This document shows positions 49,102 through 62,873 of a stretch of 64,000 nucleotides of DNA, one piece after another. The stretch lies in NCBI GenBank assembly GCA_024704765.1, contig JAKMXF010000244.1, positions 363,905 through 427,904 of the forward strand. Direction: 5' to 3'. Each line of letters starts with the position of its first letter. Position 1 is the stretch's first letter. Origin of the DNA: Oopsacas minuta (taxonomy: Eukaryota > Animalia > Porifera). A program made the position numbers and the translations under genes. The notes beneath the pieces are model-generated. The model saw nothing but the letters and a program-made list of their open reading frames with translations, did no database searches and was not told where the DNA came from.

Positions 49102-49396
49102 TACACACGCCCTCAGAAATCCAAATTTGTGAAGTCAAAGATGGTAAAGTATAGTGTTATTCAGTCCTAAAGGAATGCATATGATTTCTGTGTAAGAGAG
49201 CACAAAATATTTCAAAACAACAATAATGATATTTGGCATTTCTCAAGATGCATTGTTAGTTATTGAAATTTCTTACAAAAACCCTTTAGTTGGGTTGCAA
49301 GATGAAAGATGTCCTCCTTTGTAAATTAACTCCATCATTCTCGCTGTGTTCTTTAGTCTTCTATTTTCCAAACTGCCGGTTAATATTGCATATATA

Positions 49397-50433
49397 CTTA
49401 GAGCATTCGAAAAGTTCCCATTTTTGTTCAATATCCTGATACTACAATACCTTACTAATCAAATCTCTTCATAAAATGTTCGAAATACTCCCCTCTACAT
49501 AAATGCATAGCTTTAGCCTTTCAAACCACTCCGAAAATGTCTTTCTTTGTACTCATCTCTGTCCACTTAATCGAGGTAGTGGTAAATAGCCAGAAATCAC
49601 ATGGTGAAAGATCTGGCGATACTGAAGATGTCCCATCATTTCAAACTCGATATCCTCAAAGACTTGCCTAACGTATTTTGAAACATGAAGCCTGGCATTA
49701 TCGTGGAGAAGTTTGATTACTCGAGTTCCTGTACCCGGAGGTCGTGTTTTATAGATTTTCTCGACTTCTCTTTGGCATTTTCTGCGTAACATTCCCTATT
49801 CAGTCGTTCTCTTTTAGGCACAGGTATTTTAGCCACTGACCCATCCGCATCAAAAAATAAGCTGTAGAGAACCTTTATCGCCTCGGAAGTGCGTACGTGC
49901 CTTTTCTGGGGATGAGAACCTTGGGGGAGCCACGATTCGCTTTGGTCCTTATACAGAGGTCCAGAAAATTCAATCCAAGTTTCATCGCCAGCAACGATTT
50001 CATATAATCTTCGAGAATCACAATCTCTATTCTTCAAGCAATTGTTTCGGGCATGAAACCTTCTTCTCATTTGGCCCCTTTGTGAGGATTTTTTGATACC
50101 CATCGCCTCTACAGCCTATAATTTACGTGCTTATTCCTTTACAGTGGGATACGCTAGAGCCCACCCACGATAAACAGAGCTAGATGCTCATTTATCTAGA
50201 GTGGTTTGTCGCCGAGTACGGTGCTAATCTTACGGAATTAGAAAGCCATGACAAGTTGACCCTCGAAAATAGGTAAAATTGAAAGTAGGATAAATCAAGA
50301 TAGCCAGAGTGAATAGCAACAGCATTAATTAGATAATCGATAGGACTATTATGATATACTATGCATCTCATGCAATCGAGTAGAGTTTGGCTGCTATAAA
50401 ATAAGGATGGGAACTTTTTGAATGTCCCCCAAA
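49397..50433 (-). mobile_element. mariner element, internally deleted and degenerate
   Basis: Diverged TIRs containing CATTC(G/A)AAAAGTTCCCAT. Motifs IVAGDETW, LLHDNARLH. Confidence 0.8.
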
Positions 50434-51314
50434 TACATTTTAATATTTGCAATACAACAAAATATGGACAAAAGGAAAGGCTCATTCTATTCATAACATC
50501 CATTTAACTTTCAATTGCAAGTATTTATCATTTACATCAAAGTAAACACAAAAGATTCCAGGTAATCGTGACAAAATCTTAATCGAATGAAAGTTTCTTA
50601 GTCAATCAAGACAAAAATCTTCTTGATCTTACAATATTGAAATATATTTATACATTTCCAAAATTGAGGTAAATTGGGACAAAATCTCTGCTTAATTGGT
50701 GCTAGCATATCTATATACCAGTGATTATTACCTAAAGATCCGAAAAGTATTATTTTGTACTTTAGGTGAGATAGCGTCGAAATACAATAGATATATTACA
50801 ACATGGGTTATTTCGTATTAGTGATAGACAAATTATAGAGAATATTCTAGTTTATAGAAATTTGTCCTATGTACATAGGTATGGAAATTTGTGCTGTATT
50901 TTTGTATATAAAAAACTGACATAGTTTCGGATGGATATATGAGGTGATACATTCTAAGAAAGACTAGCGTGTTCTCTATCTACTTCGTTAAGCGACAGGC
51001 AGCCATATATTTACAACCACGTGTTACAGGCTACAATTGGCAAACTTTTTACATACTTTTGGTCGCTAGGTGAAGTATTAAGGGCAATGTGGTTGCATAG
51101 GATATCAGTTTATAGGCTAGAAAACAAAAACTTGGAAAAAATGGCTGCAAACCCCAACCTAGCACTAGATTGTTAAAAGTGTTACAAATGGTAAATAGAA
51201 CCAAGCATCAAATAATATAGTATTAAACAGTCACAAAAGAATATACTAGAATAAATGCGAAGAATGTATACATAAAATAAAGAATCATAAACTTCATCAT
51301 AGAAAATAAGTTAC

Positions 51315-51585
51315 CTGTTCTTGATTTGAGTTTGATTATACACGTGTAACACATCGAGCCCACCAAAATCTATATCATCATACAAAGAACATGACTCGAA
51401 AAAATCAACAGAAAATATGGGTAATTTGGACCTGCCCAAATCTTTAGTTTTCCACTTACGGCGAAAATTAACTAGAGGAGATGAAACTGACATATCGTAG
51501 GTTTGCCAAGACTGAATCTTATCAACCATAATATTGTGTACTCTAAGTGAACCATCTTCAATCAAGAGAATAAGAGAAGTCCTTC
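51315..51585 (-). CDS. UBR4: UBR4 exon (RTSLILLIEDGSLRV...FSVDFFESCSLYDDIDFGGLDVLHVYNQTQIKNR)
   Basis: Resembles human RTTMILLCEDGSLRIY...FPIDFFEH...DVEFGGNDLLQVYNAQQIKHRL. Acceptor cacttttag, donor GTAACT; phase 1/2. Confidence 0.93.
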
Positions 51586-51753
51586 CTAAAAGTGAAATAT
51601 TGAAAAGTAAGTTTCCTAATCTAGAGAAAGAATTAGCTAATGATTCAGGACTTTGACGATGCGTGATAAAACTTCGACTATCTTCAATGATTATTGGGAA
51701 AGAAGTCAAAGTTGTGTATTAAGTATTTCAATGAAGATATGTTTCGTAAAATA

Positions 51754-53075
51754 CAACGGGCGTTCAAAGGTTTCCCGACCCTACCCCATATTATTGTAAC
51801 TATACTGAATATACATGTACAATTGTTATATTTTCTCGAAATAATCACCATTAACTTCTATGACTCATTGTAGACGATCTAGTCATTTAAAAAATACACT
51901 TTTATAGTCTCCGGGCTGGATTCCTTTTAGTGATGTCCAAATTGCATTCCCAGGTCGATTCAGATAGAAAAATGCATGCCTGCAAGGTCCTTTTTCAACT
52001 TTGCAAAGAGTAAAAAATTGCAAGGAGCGAGGTCAGATGGGTAGGGTGGGTGATCTAGCTCAACAACTCTCATTCTATCCAACTCTGACTTTACGAGCCT
52101 AGTTTTATGTGGCCGTGCATTATCATTCATTAATCGCATAACCCGCGGACCAGACTTTGGCCTCCGCTCCCAGTAATGTTTTTTACTTCTGAGGGCAACT
52201 GTTAGCATAAAAGTCACCGGTAATTGTCTTCCCTTTGGTATTATAATCTGTGCAACTGGGCAATGTGCATCAAAGAAGTGGTGTACAGGACTTTCTGATC
52301 ACTGAAGTCTGGCCTAGGAGCTAGAAGAGGCGCCTCACCTTTTATGATCCATACCATATTTCTTTCTTTGGATAGTGCTGGTCTTATCTTATCCAAGTCT
52401 CGTCACCAGTAGTGATTTCTGCCAGCCTTCTTGGATCCGAGTCTTTATACTCGGAGAGCATTCTTCTTGCACAAGTAACCCGATGGTCATTTTGGTCCTT
52501 TGTAAGGGAATGCGTGACCACCTCGAACTAATTTTGCTAACTTTCAACTGATCGATAAGCATGGAATGAATAGCTCCCGTTCAGATCCATACACTCATAG
52601 CTAACTTCTCAACAGTGATATGAGGATCTTCTTACACTCGAGCGAATTTCAGAGGTGATACTGCTAGTGACGGCGGATCTGGTGTGCCTATTCGCTCGTT
52701 ATCTCCGGTGATTCTCGTCTTTCACGAAACAGCTTGGCCCACTCCTTCCAGTAGTATGTGAAAAGCTAGCATCTCCATAAACTACTTCCAAGTCAATGAG
52801 AATATCCTATGGGCCAATACCAAGAAGCGTGCGAATTTTGATATAGGATTTTACTCAAATTTCAAATTTGAAGCCATAAATACTGAAGATAAAGGGATAG
52901 TCCAAACTGAGAAATTGAAATTATCGTAACTAGAAAACTATTGACGATATGGTGAAAATTAAAGTGGTTCTGAATAGATAATAGAATAAGGTTTATTATG
53001 ACTACAGATACGTAATATAATATCCTATATCTTAAAATTCTATGACCAAAGTCGGGAAATTTTAAACACCCGTTG
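51754..53075 (-). mobile_element. mariner element, degenerate
   Basis: TIR CAACGGG(C/T)GTT(C/T)AAA..TTTCCCGAC with TA flanks. Motifs TGDETW, MNDNARPH, HPPYPSDLAPCNFLLF. Confidence 0.9.
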
Positions 53076-54236
53076 TAATATCCTACACATAAATTATGAA
53101 CAGTAGGCTGCCACCTCAGGTCCGGGTTCATAAGGTTTCTTAATTCCCGAATCTGATAAAGTTAGACTATGAAAATGTATAATTGTTGAACAGGAAGCAT
53201 AGATGTTATTGATGATGAAGAAGTGTTCATCAATTATCGATGGATAATTAGAGGAAGTCATCAAAGTTTAGCCTATACTTATCTGTCAAAATTTGATTAC
53301 GCAATTCACCTTCTTCCAATTGCTTTTATAATGGCAATGAACAAATCGATCATATCTACTATTGTCACTTACTCACTGAAAATAAAACTTTTGCTAGTTG
53401 AAATAAACAAAGAAAAACACAAATTATAAAACATACATGATTGATAAATTTTAAAGATGAATTATAATCATCACAAAAACATACACAGGCAGATAGTGAC
53501 ATTTGGCTACCAAAAGAAACTGTCAGAAAATGCACCTTGCACTATATATGACCATTAGGACGAGTTTTGGTATACGCAACCAAATAATATTTCAAATTGA
53601 TGAGGTATTTCTAAAGACATCAAAATATCATTGATGACCTAAGAATCTGCTGATCAAAAAAATTTATGTTAAACATTTGATGATATATAATCTAACCTCA
53701 CCAATAAATTACGAAGTCATATGTCTGGAGTCGATTGGACATAAAGTACAGGATTAGGCATAAGTTCTGCAACAAAATTAAATTATGCGACAGGTTCTTT
53801 GAATAGTTTCAGCTTCAATTAGGAATTTTTCGACAACAAGTGATCGCATGGGACTTTGGTGTTTTCAAATATTGTGTCAAACCGTGTATTCAGCAACTAT
53901 ACAGAAAATATTAGTTTACTATTATTCTTTTCCATGTATGATACTTACGAACTAATATTCCTGGACTAGAAAAATACAAGCAAGTTAATAAGAATGGAAA
54001 TTTGTCGAAATATAAATGGATAATCTCCAAGATAAACAATAAAGCTTAAAAATTGGAACAAATAGTGATAAAGCCTTGACTAGTTATATTCATATGTAAT
54101 CACAATCAATGATACGAAACAGTGTGCTAGCAAAATAGAATGTAATGGATTGGGAAATACTATGGTTCTGGTAGGCCCGGGAAAATCCCTCATACACTAA
54201 ACAAATAAAAATGTACTATAATGTTGTTTGTATTAC

Positions 54237-54578
54237 CTCCAAAGGATGAATCCTTAATCTTTACATCTAGAGCAATCCCCACTACCTTAGACTTGGATGG
54301 ATCGGTTTTCAGATCAACAATAGAGATTATGTTTGCCTGTAGAAATAGCATTACTGGAGAAAATGTTGTTCGTGACAGAGCACAAATAAAACCAGGCTGA
54401 AGATATGATTCTGTCCACTCACAAAGAGTCATTGGGATAGTAGAATCTTTAAACAATATAGGCATCATATGATTCAATCCAGAAAAGTCTTCATTTAGAT
54501 AAGCTACCAAATTTATGCCTCCAGTATAGCTCAAGAATAGTAATTGAAGAGAATGTGAGAAATAAATCGATGCACCAG
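54237..54578 (-). CDS. UBR4: UBR4 exon (AGASIYFSHSLQLLFLSY...LCEWTESYLQPGFICAL...DSSFG)
   Basis: Resembles human GGVSVYYSHVLQMLFFSY...LCQWSEVMNHPGLVCC. Acceptor tttatctag, donor GTAATA; phase 1/1. Confidence 0.9.
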
Positions 54579-57500
54579 CTAGATAAAGTAAAAATGCAAT
54601 ATAGAACATGCTAACATAAACACTAAGTCAAGTATTACTTGGCCACTATACAAATGTCGGTACAGATAAACTATGAATGAACATGTAGACTGTAGAGAGA
54701 TAAACTAGAAATGTCAATAAGCATTGATGGATTCAAACACGTGTTGTAATATAATATTTAGTACAAAAAGAACATTAAAAACTATTATGTGTAAAACTAC
54801 GTAAGTGAAATAGTGTATAGCTGCATGTTCTTAACTAAAGAAGTGAGAATGGTGCAAAAATTTTATAGGTAAATAAAAATATAGTTATATTAGTGATTAT
54901 GTTCGTTTGCATGTAAAATGTTCGCCAAATAAATCTCTACCTTGTATTAGTATCTAAAATCGTTTGTAACAAACTGCTTCCAAAAAATATCTATATAATG
55001 GGTGGTGGTCATACCGATGTGAAAAAATGGCTATTATGGGGAAATAGTTACCTACACTAAGTATACAATTCAAAAAAATGGGAAGTATATAGTAAATCTT
55101 CACTGTAGAATTCAATTATCCAATCAGACTTTGAGTTGCACTTCTGGAAATGGACAGTGACGTAATCACTGCCCATGTATATATTAATGAACTAACTTAT
55201 ACGTAGCTCAGCTAAACTATACTATAATTCTTTGTACTCAATTTCTATCTTGTAGGAAAGGTCATTTCAAGTTAACGAAACTCACCTTGATGATTCAGGT
55301 TATGGGACTTTTATTTTAAACAAAACTGTACTATATTGTGTAGCACAGTGTGCATCATTTGCTGCCTAGATGGAACTCTACTTTTATATCATATTTATGT
55401 CTTTGAAACGTTCATTCTATAGTTTTTGATGATGGAGCATCGATTAATACATCAAAGTATAATCGATTCTAAACAAGTTAGTTATATTCCTCACTCATAA
55501 TTACTTTCCCCTTTGATTAAATCAACAATCAGAATCATGTTTGATTGTTAGGAGAAATAGGGATACAAATGTCAGCAAAGTATATTGTGAGCCTCAGAAT
55601 TGGATAAAACTTGTATAAATATTAGTAAACATTTTTTAATTAGGTTAAGAGTAACGAATGGTACTTATTTGCCACACAACTTTTTGATGGCGGACTTCAC
55701 GAATTATTACTGTCCGTGTCATATAAATTAAATTTGCCGACGCAAACACAATGAGGTATCGTTGGAATGGTAGCAAGTATTTTAAGTGACGAACCTATAT
55801 ATCAATTCAAATGTTCTAGAAGAAATTCAAGCAATTTTAAATGCTATAATATAAAGTCATTGAAGTCAATTTAGCTTCTTCAAACGTCAAGAATATAAAA
55901 TCCTAAAGTTCAAAATATGATGTTGACCTCAACATATCTACCGAGAAAATATTTGAATCATTGTAGCGATAATGAATTTATGATCGGGGAACTATAAATT
56001 CCTATAATTCTGTTTAATCCAAAATAAATCTAATATAAACATTTTGGACTCATATATATATATATTATTCGCCATATTAATTGATGACATTGGGTAGAAT
56101 TCAATTCAGCATTGATAAATGCATAATAATGTAGAATACCAATAAGAATCTGACATGAAAAATGTACATCTTTCGAAACAACAAATTTCATCTGAATCCA
56201 TGTATCCCATCTTACAATTTCATGAAAATATTTGGGCACATTTGGGCGGGTCAAGAAATTATTGAAAAATATTTTTGAAAAAGAGACAAAGGAAATATGT
56301 CAATCCTGGAATTCGCATTGATTGGTATTTAAGATCGGGAAACACATTCGACTGTACCATACAACTAAATTCCTGCTCCTCTAAACGCTTATAGGCTATG
56401 ACACTTTCATTTATAATTCCCGAGCTGCAAATCCAATGTTAAGAAAAGAAACAGAATTTCTTTCTGTATAATATTAAATCCTAAATTGTTTGATTCGTTT
56501 CAAAGCTAAGAGGATTCTCGAGGTAATACGGTATGTTCTACAGCAAAGAAATCTCATGGGGTTGTCATTGGAACCCATATACTAACACTAGTTCCTGAAA
56601 AATTTGGGATTCAGTACTATGATATGACACCCTCGAATAATTGTTACAAGAACTTTTCGGGAATACGTAATACAAATTTGTTCATAGTACCTGATAGATC
56701 CGATAAATCAAATTTTCTAGCAATTTGTATAAATTTAGTAGTGGTTGGAAGTAGCTAATAGTGTGTGCAACCAATAGAGAAGCCGTAGATAAGAAATGTC
56801 TAAGGTTAGTGTGATTATATCATTACGTAATGGGATTGCTGGTTATGTAACTGGATGGAGGTTCGGCATCATATTGGAAACTATACATATCCTATCAAAG
56901 TACTAGTATGTGAAAATAGTAAGGATAATATGTATCCATGGTTTCTGTGATTTTGGAATACAAAGATCAAAGCATTTCCCATTCAGATTACACTTGATAC
57001 TAAGCTACTACATTATAAGTCATAATGAAGAATGAAAATAAATACTTACGATAGACTTAGGCCCTGTATTGTACAAACTATATTGATGCAAAAAGGGCTA
57101 AAATATCTTCAAATTCTTTCATACATAGTTCAATTATCATTTGTATTTGAATGAGCTGCGATGTCTTGTATACGTAACAATGCAGGTAGTTTCAAATTTA
57201 AAGCCTTAAATTAAACATCGATCCTCTCAACTAGCCATATTCTCAACTGTTAATCTGACTTTAATCTAAAAGCTTCAACAAACATTGTTCCCAACTGTTA
57301 ACTTAATCACATCAACTAATTATATAAAACTAGACAGCTAGCCATATTCTCAAATGTTCAATAAATTGCAAAAATTTCAATTAGTCCAATCAGTCGCTGA
57401 AAAAGTTTATAGATTCTGGAAATACATTTTGGCCTAATTTCTCAAAATTACAAAGCACATTGAGTGTATTTCATAGATTAGATTAACATTGAAAACAAAT

Positions 57501-57714
57501 ACTTCACAAAGAACAGTCCAAAGCATATAATCGCTGAGCCTCTTTTCAAGTTGATGGAACAAACGTCTTTGCATAATAGCTTGCTCAAGAAAAGGCCTTA
57601 TAACTAATTTGAACATGGATAAGTGCAAGTGGAGATATTTTGATCAACAATTCTATAATCGCCTAGAATTCAAAACTGGCAAATTCTAACCCAAATATAT
57701 TCAAGATTGAGGTA

Positions 57715-57893
57715 CCCTGGAATCTCGTTAATAGAACACCTACGGGCGGTCAAAAATCCCCTTATCAGGAGTTCATATTAACTGGAGTAATGCCAATTGA
57801 ATAGCCATTGTAGGAGCCTGATTAAGTGCAAATATTTGTTCGTCTAATCCGGAAATTCGTATCAACAGTGTTTGTTCCAACGAGGTTCCACGG
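57715..57893. mobile_element. pogo-like MITE (179 bp)
   Basis: TA|CCCTGGAATCTCGTT...AACGAGGTTCCACGG|TA. Confidence 0.65.
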
Positions 57894-60835
57894 TATATCA
57901 ATAAAACAAAACCACATTTGAAAACTTGTAGATAGCAATTCCTGACAAAATTAAATATCGTAATGATAAGTTTTCGCCCAGACCGAAAATTGCAGGTTTG
58001 TTAATATCTTCTTATAAGTGATACTCAATAATCGGTACAATTATGGACCAATCAGGATAGCCTATATACACCCACTTGTATATACATTTGATCAGGGATA
58101 TATTAAGGTGTTTGGCGGGCACCTAAAAGAGCCAGATCAGCAGCAATGAAGGAAACGAATTGTCATAGTGAGACTTAAATGAATACAGGATCAATATGTT
58201 ACTGTCCAAAAAAGTGACATCCAAGGAGAATTTCTTAAAGAAAGTGTAAGCACAGAGGTTTCGGGATAAACCTCTGATTTCGATATGATATCTCTTCGCA
58301 ATGTGATGTAATCACGAGTGTACCCATATATTGTTATTTTCATCACGTAATAACTTCAGAGTTATCACATCAAAATGTATATATGGGTAAAGGAAGTTTG
58401 GTGTATGATATATTGTGTATCGTGATTTTGCGATAATTGTCACGATAATAGAGCTATATGAGGATATTAACAATAAAATGTCAGCTGACAGACTGGTAAT
58501 GCAGCTCAGAGTTATTTGTTCATGATATTTACAAAGAGTATGCCTCAAATGTCCCCGTGCAGATACCTCAATGCACCAAACACCGAATCATTATGGGCTA
58601 ATGGATATGAGAATATTTCAGGGTAGTCAATATTATTAGTCCCGATTATGCAGTTCATGTTTTATCGTCAAGTCTTATGGAAAAGATTCCGAATAATTTT
58701 CATGAATTATTATCTCTTGTGTAACTTTAGAAACGAAATATCTAATATCATTTTGAAAATTACCAAAGGTGGGAAAACAAGATTAATCATATGATAATCT
58801 CTGAATTTGTAACATTCAAACTCTAAAAATCTCAAAATTGGACTCGATGCACCCAATTACTCCTAACTACATGTGGAAATATAATCTCTAGCTTGCTTTG
58901 AAATATTCAAAAGAAAGATCTGAGAATATGATTAATGACCAAAAAGTGTAAATATACACTTTAGAAAAATTCTTACCGAGGTACAATCTCCGACTCAAAA
59001 TATATATGCATACCAACCTTTATGCGGATCGGACTACTATATTTCCACGGCCGCTCGGACGGACTTGGCATATCGTCTATGCCATTAATGCATCTACATA
59101 TAGGAGTTGAACAAAAAAACGTGCGATTCATGATCTGGCCGATAACTCACAATCATGCGAAATATATCAAGATAAAATAGTTTGTATATACAATAATAAA
59201 TGGTATTAAGGGGTGAGTAAACCACTAATTTCCATGTTTGCCCGTTTAACCTCTCAAATTGATATATTGCATTTTCGATAGCTCGCTATCCTACGAAGAG
59301 GTGGTAATATTTTTGAGTTCTCTTATAAATATTCTTTGAAATATTTTAAAATTTGGCTAGTATCCCCTAATTTTGGCCTCAAACCACCCGAACATAAGGG
59401 TAAAGTATACCCAAATAGACACATTTTTATGATGTTTTGTCCCAAATGTCAAATTTTCCACGTCTCCCTGTATGCCAGATTTAGGCTTCCAGAGGTGGGT
59501 ACCAATGAGATTACATCCTGAATTGTCACTGCATTGATAGGTATCAACAATACTATACTGTACAATGAGCATATGGGCTATTTATGCTTATTTGTAATGT
59601 AATTTGCAAACTATTTGAGATAAATGGCCATTTTTTTCATGGGAAAAGCGGTGTCTCTTCTTCCTACATTACCCAGGAACTTTCAGCCGCCATTTTCCCA
59701 TGTCTCAAGGTTCCTCCTTGCAATTTATCGAAATTCTAACCAACTTACTATTCTTTCTAGGCGATTTCGAACAAATAATTATGTTAATCACAGAAATATC
59801 CCTACTAAACTTTCCACAAAATATTTCGAAAGTTTACCACTTTAAAATTTCATAGAATTTTCTTATTATAGTTGATAAAAATATTGCATTTTTTAATACA
59901 AGACGACCTTCAAAAATCCTACTAAAATTTCAATGAGATCGATAAACTTGAACTTATCGCAGTTGTTTACACAATTCTCGGAACTTTTGTTGTGCTTAAT
60001 TGTCATTTATGCTAACAGATGATGGGGCACTTGGATCCGAAAATTGTGTTTTGGTGAATTGATTCATATCAATAGATATAGAATATATAGTCGGGTGAAA
60101 ATATCACAGTTTCGTATTACAAAGAGATTAAATATTTGCCAATCAAAATAAATTAAAATCAATATATGCCTGGTCCAGTGAAATTGGATGAGTCACTGGC
60201 CTAAACTTTAGTAGGCTATGTTAGTATAAAATATTATGAAGCAATAAATACTAGAATTTGTAAATTAGAGTATTTAGTAAACCATAATACTGATTCTTAA
60301 ATATTAAAGTTTTAGTTTAAGTCTAGATTTCAAAATTTGGGTAAGAACTAACTTCAATTCTGGCTTCCCAAATAGTCATCTTAAAATTTTTCCAGTATGT
60401 CAGCTGGACATTATAAGATTTTGAGAAATTCGTAATACACGGGGCACAAAGTGCAGAGATGACTAACCAAATCTACGTAGCGGTACTATTGTGACGACAG
60501 AGTTCCTTGAAAAGAAATTTGGAGGGTATATGAGACTCATCGACCAAATCACTATGATAAATTTACACTTTTACATATAAGCTAAATCTGTAAAAGGTAG
60601 TGTTGAATATCAAGTACTGACAGAAACGGCATAGCAAGCGAAGCAGGGTAGAAGTCATAACTATATACAACACGATTTCTTAAACGCAGAAACTTTCCGC
60701 AATTAAGTATCTTCTTGAATTATTAATTATTTACTGAAAAGAAAATTTGTTAATAATATAGCCGGAATTCCAAAAATGAAAACTAAATTTGTGAAAATAT
60801 CGTTAAAATTATCTTACACTTCAACTCTAAATTAC

Positions 60836-60937
60836 CAAAAACAGTCACATCAAGATCAACATCTATAATCGAAGAGATGTAAACTGGTCCAATTTCTGCA
60901 ACACACTCTGGAGCGATTTTCTGATAGTAAACATCGC
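60836..60937 (-). CDS. UBR4: UBR4 exon (beta-propeller region, GDVYYQKIAPECVAEIGPVYISSIIDVDLDVTVF)
   Basis: Resembles human UBR4 GYIYTQLMEEASSAQQGPFYVTNVLEI as recalled. Acceptor atttatag, donor GTAATT; phase 1/1 joins the 54578 exon in frame. Confidence 0.8.
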
Positions 60938-61224
60938 CTATAAATATATTTAAAATGTATAAATTCAGTAAAACTCGGACAAGACTATCCCCACGGAATT
61001 CTATGATAGTACCCAATATCTGAAAGGTTTCATCTGAACAGGTATTGTATAAAGGATTACATGAAAATATTCTATTTTCGGATACATTTCAAATTATCAC
61101 TGATCAACCAGATTGGCGTTATAAGTACTTGGGAATAAAGCTTAGGGAGCGGATATGTTCATTCGGGTATATTGCTAATTTAATGACTTAACTTGCTGGT
61201 CATAAAACTTGTTCCCAAGCTCAC

Positions 61225-61273
61225 CCCCAGACTGTAGAAGAACTTTGTGCGTAACACCAACAATTAACCCGTG
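61225..61273 (-). CDS. UBR4: Candidate small upstream UBR4 exon (HGLIVGVTHKVLLQSG)
   Basis: Strong donor GTGAGC in the right phase; the join gives VLLQSGGDVYY, like human IVIMSSAGYIY. The acceptor is weak. Confidence 0.3.
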
Positions 61274-61559
61274 CTACTACAGTAGACCTTTGATTATCAG
61301 ATATCTCGGGTATACAAACAGCAGGAAGATGTTTGTTTGTGAATATTGTGGAAATTTCTCATCAAAATAGCGCTTTGGCAACAATTACCAAAAGATATGT
61401 AATTCATATTTGTATATTTAGCAATAAAATATTCCAAATTAGAAGATAAACAATGGTATATCCTCAAAAAGTCAATTATATCATCAAAATACATATTTTA
61501 GTTATCCGAATAATTTAACCTATCTACACGCCATAAATAAAATTCAAAGATGAAGCTAT

Positions 61560-61702
61560 CAGGGCCTGCGCCACGGCAGGTGTCCTGGGTATCCAGACAC
61601 TCATTTCCACGAAATTCAGTGCATTATCATTTATAGTAAAGCTTTTTAGATACCCACAAACCATTATCATGGACAAACAAAAGAGTTGATAGGCCGGTCC
61701 TG
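61560..61702. mobile_element. Small hAT-like MITE; partial inverted copy at 32534-32573
   Basis: CAGGGCC...GGTCCTG ends; the sequence GGTGTCCTGGGTATCCAGAC is shared by both copies. No clear TSD. Confidence 0.45.
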
Positions 61703-62873
61703 CTCAGCTAATTAATTCCTCAGCGAGCTTTGCTAAGTGCAGAAATTACTAGGCATAATTTGTGGAAGATATGCCAATAAGTAAAATATCCAACCCAGAC
61801 TCATTGAAAATGGTATTTATGAAAGATAAGCAGAATGTAAATTATTTTGTTGAGAGATCATTGGTCAAGAATAATGTAGCCTGAGCATAGTCAATGTCTG
61901 ACTGTCTTAGGAAGATTCGGAGATTGTCAGTGTTCGAATACCTGCAAAGAGCATAACTTAGTGACTTCAATGCCTGAACGGAGCCCAATTTATACTTTGA
62001 CTTGGATAAATTATGGACGCTCAAAAGTTTTCACGCTCGCTAAGCTTGCTAGTCTTGACGATTAGTCAACAGATTTGCTGTGGGGGATCATTTTGGAATA
62101 TTATGAGGTATTTAAGTAGAATTATTTGATGCAACGATACTAAATAAGTGTCTGTAAAATCTCGGGACAGACAGTTGTATAAGTAAATCATTGCAACACA
62201 TGAATGAAAGACCTAGAGATGAGTAGCATATAGTGCCAAAAAGTGCCTGGATCGTAGACAATAGGTTGCCAGATTTTCATAGGTCGAAACTCGGACAAGA
62301 TTGGATTTAAAAATCAGCAACGTGTATTGAGGATTTCAATTCCATCAAATAATATACTTACATTGTATTATGATTATCCAGTCGATATAATATTCAATTT
62401 GTTTGCAATAATTATCAGTTGACCAAATAATATTAATAGAATGGAATACTGGAGAAGATTTCATCAGTATAAATTCAAGAGCATGAAATCCGGAATCAGC
62501 ACATTGAATTTACCGCCTTTTGCTGTTTGGAACAATCTTCTACGATTATTCAAAAGTTATATAATCGGGAAAATACATGGGCCGTATTCACTAAGCATAC
62601 TTAAGTATGTAATTAGTACTTAAGTACTAAGTACATACTTAAACCGTATTCACTAAGATTAAAGCTCATACTTAAGTATGTACTTAAGTACAAAAGTAAG
62701 TAACCTACCGAGGTTGCTTAAGTTATTCAAGCTCTATTTTAAGTTTCCAAACATATTACATTTATCGATAACATTGATGTAATCACTTCAATCACTCGTT
62801 TTCTTTGATTAATTCATACTTTCACTATAAATTATGATTTTCTATGATGTTACAATATTACTAAATCGTATAT

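Noticed and set aside
55330-55360. CACAGTG at about 55345, and CACTGTG at about 32555, as further RAG1-like ends
   Set aside because: Neither has a downstream AATAGG box; the 32555 site lies within the hAT-like MITE fragment.
61297-61494. ORF with DFLRIY resembling UBR4 DFVKIY
   Set aside because: No usable acceptor upstream of the motif, and the spacing to the next exon does not fit.
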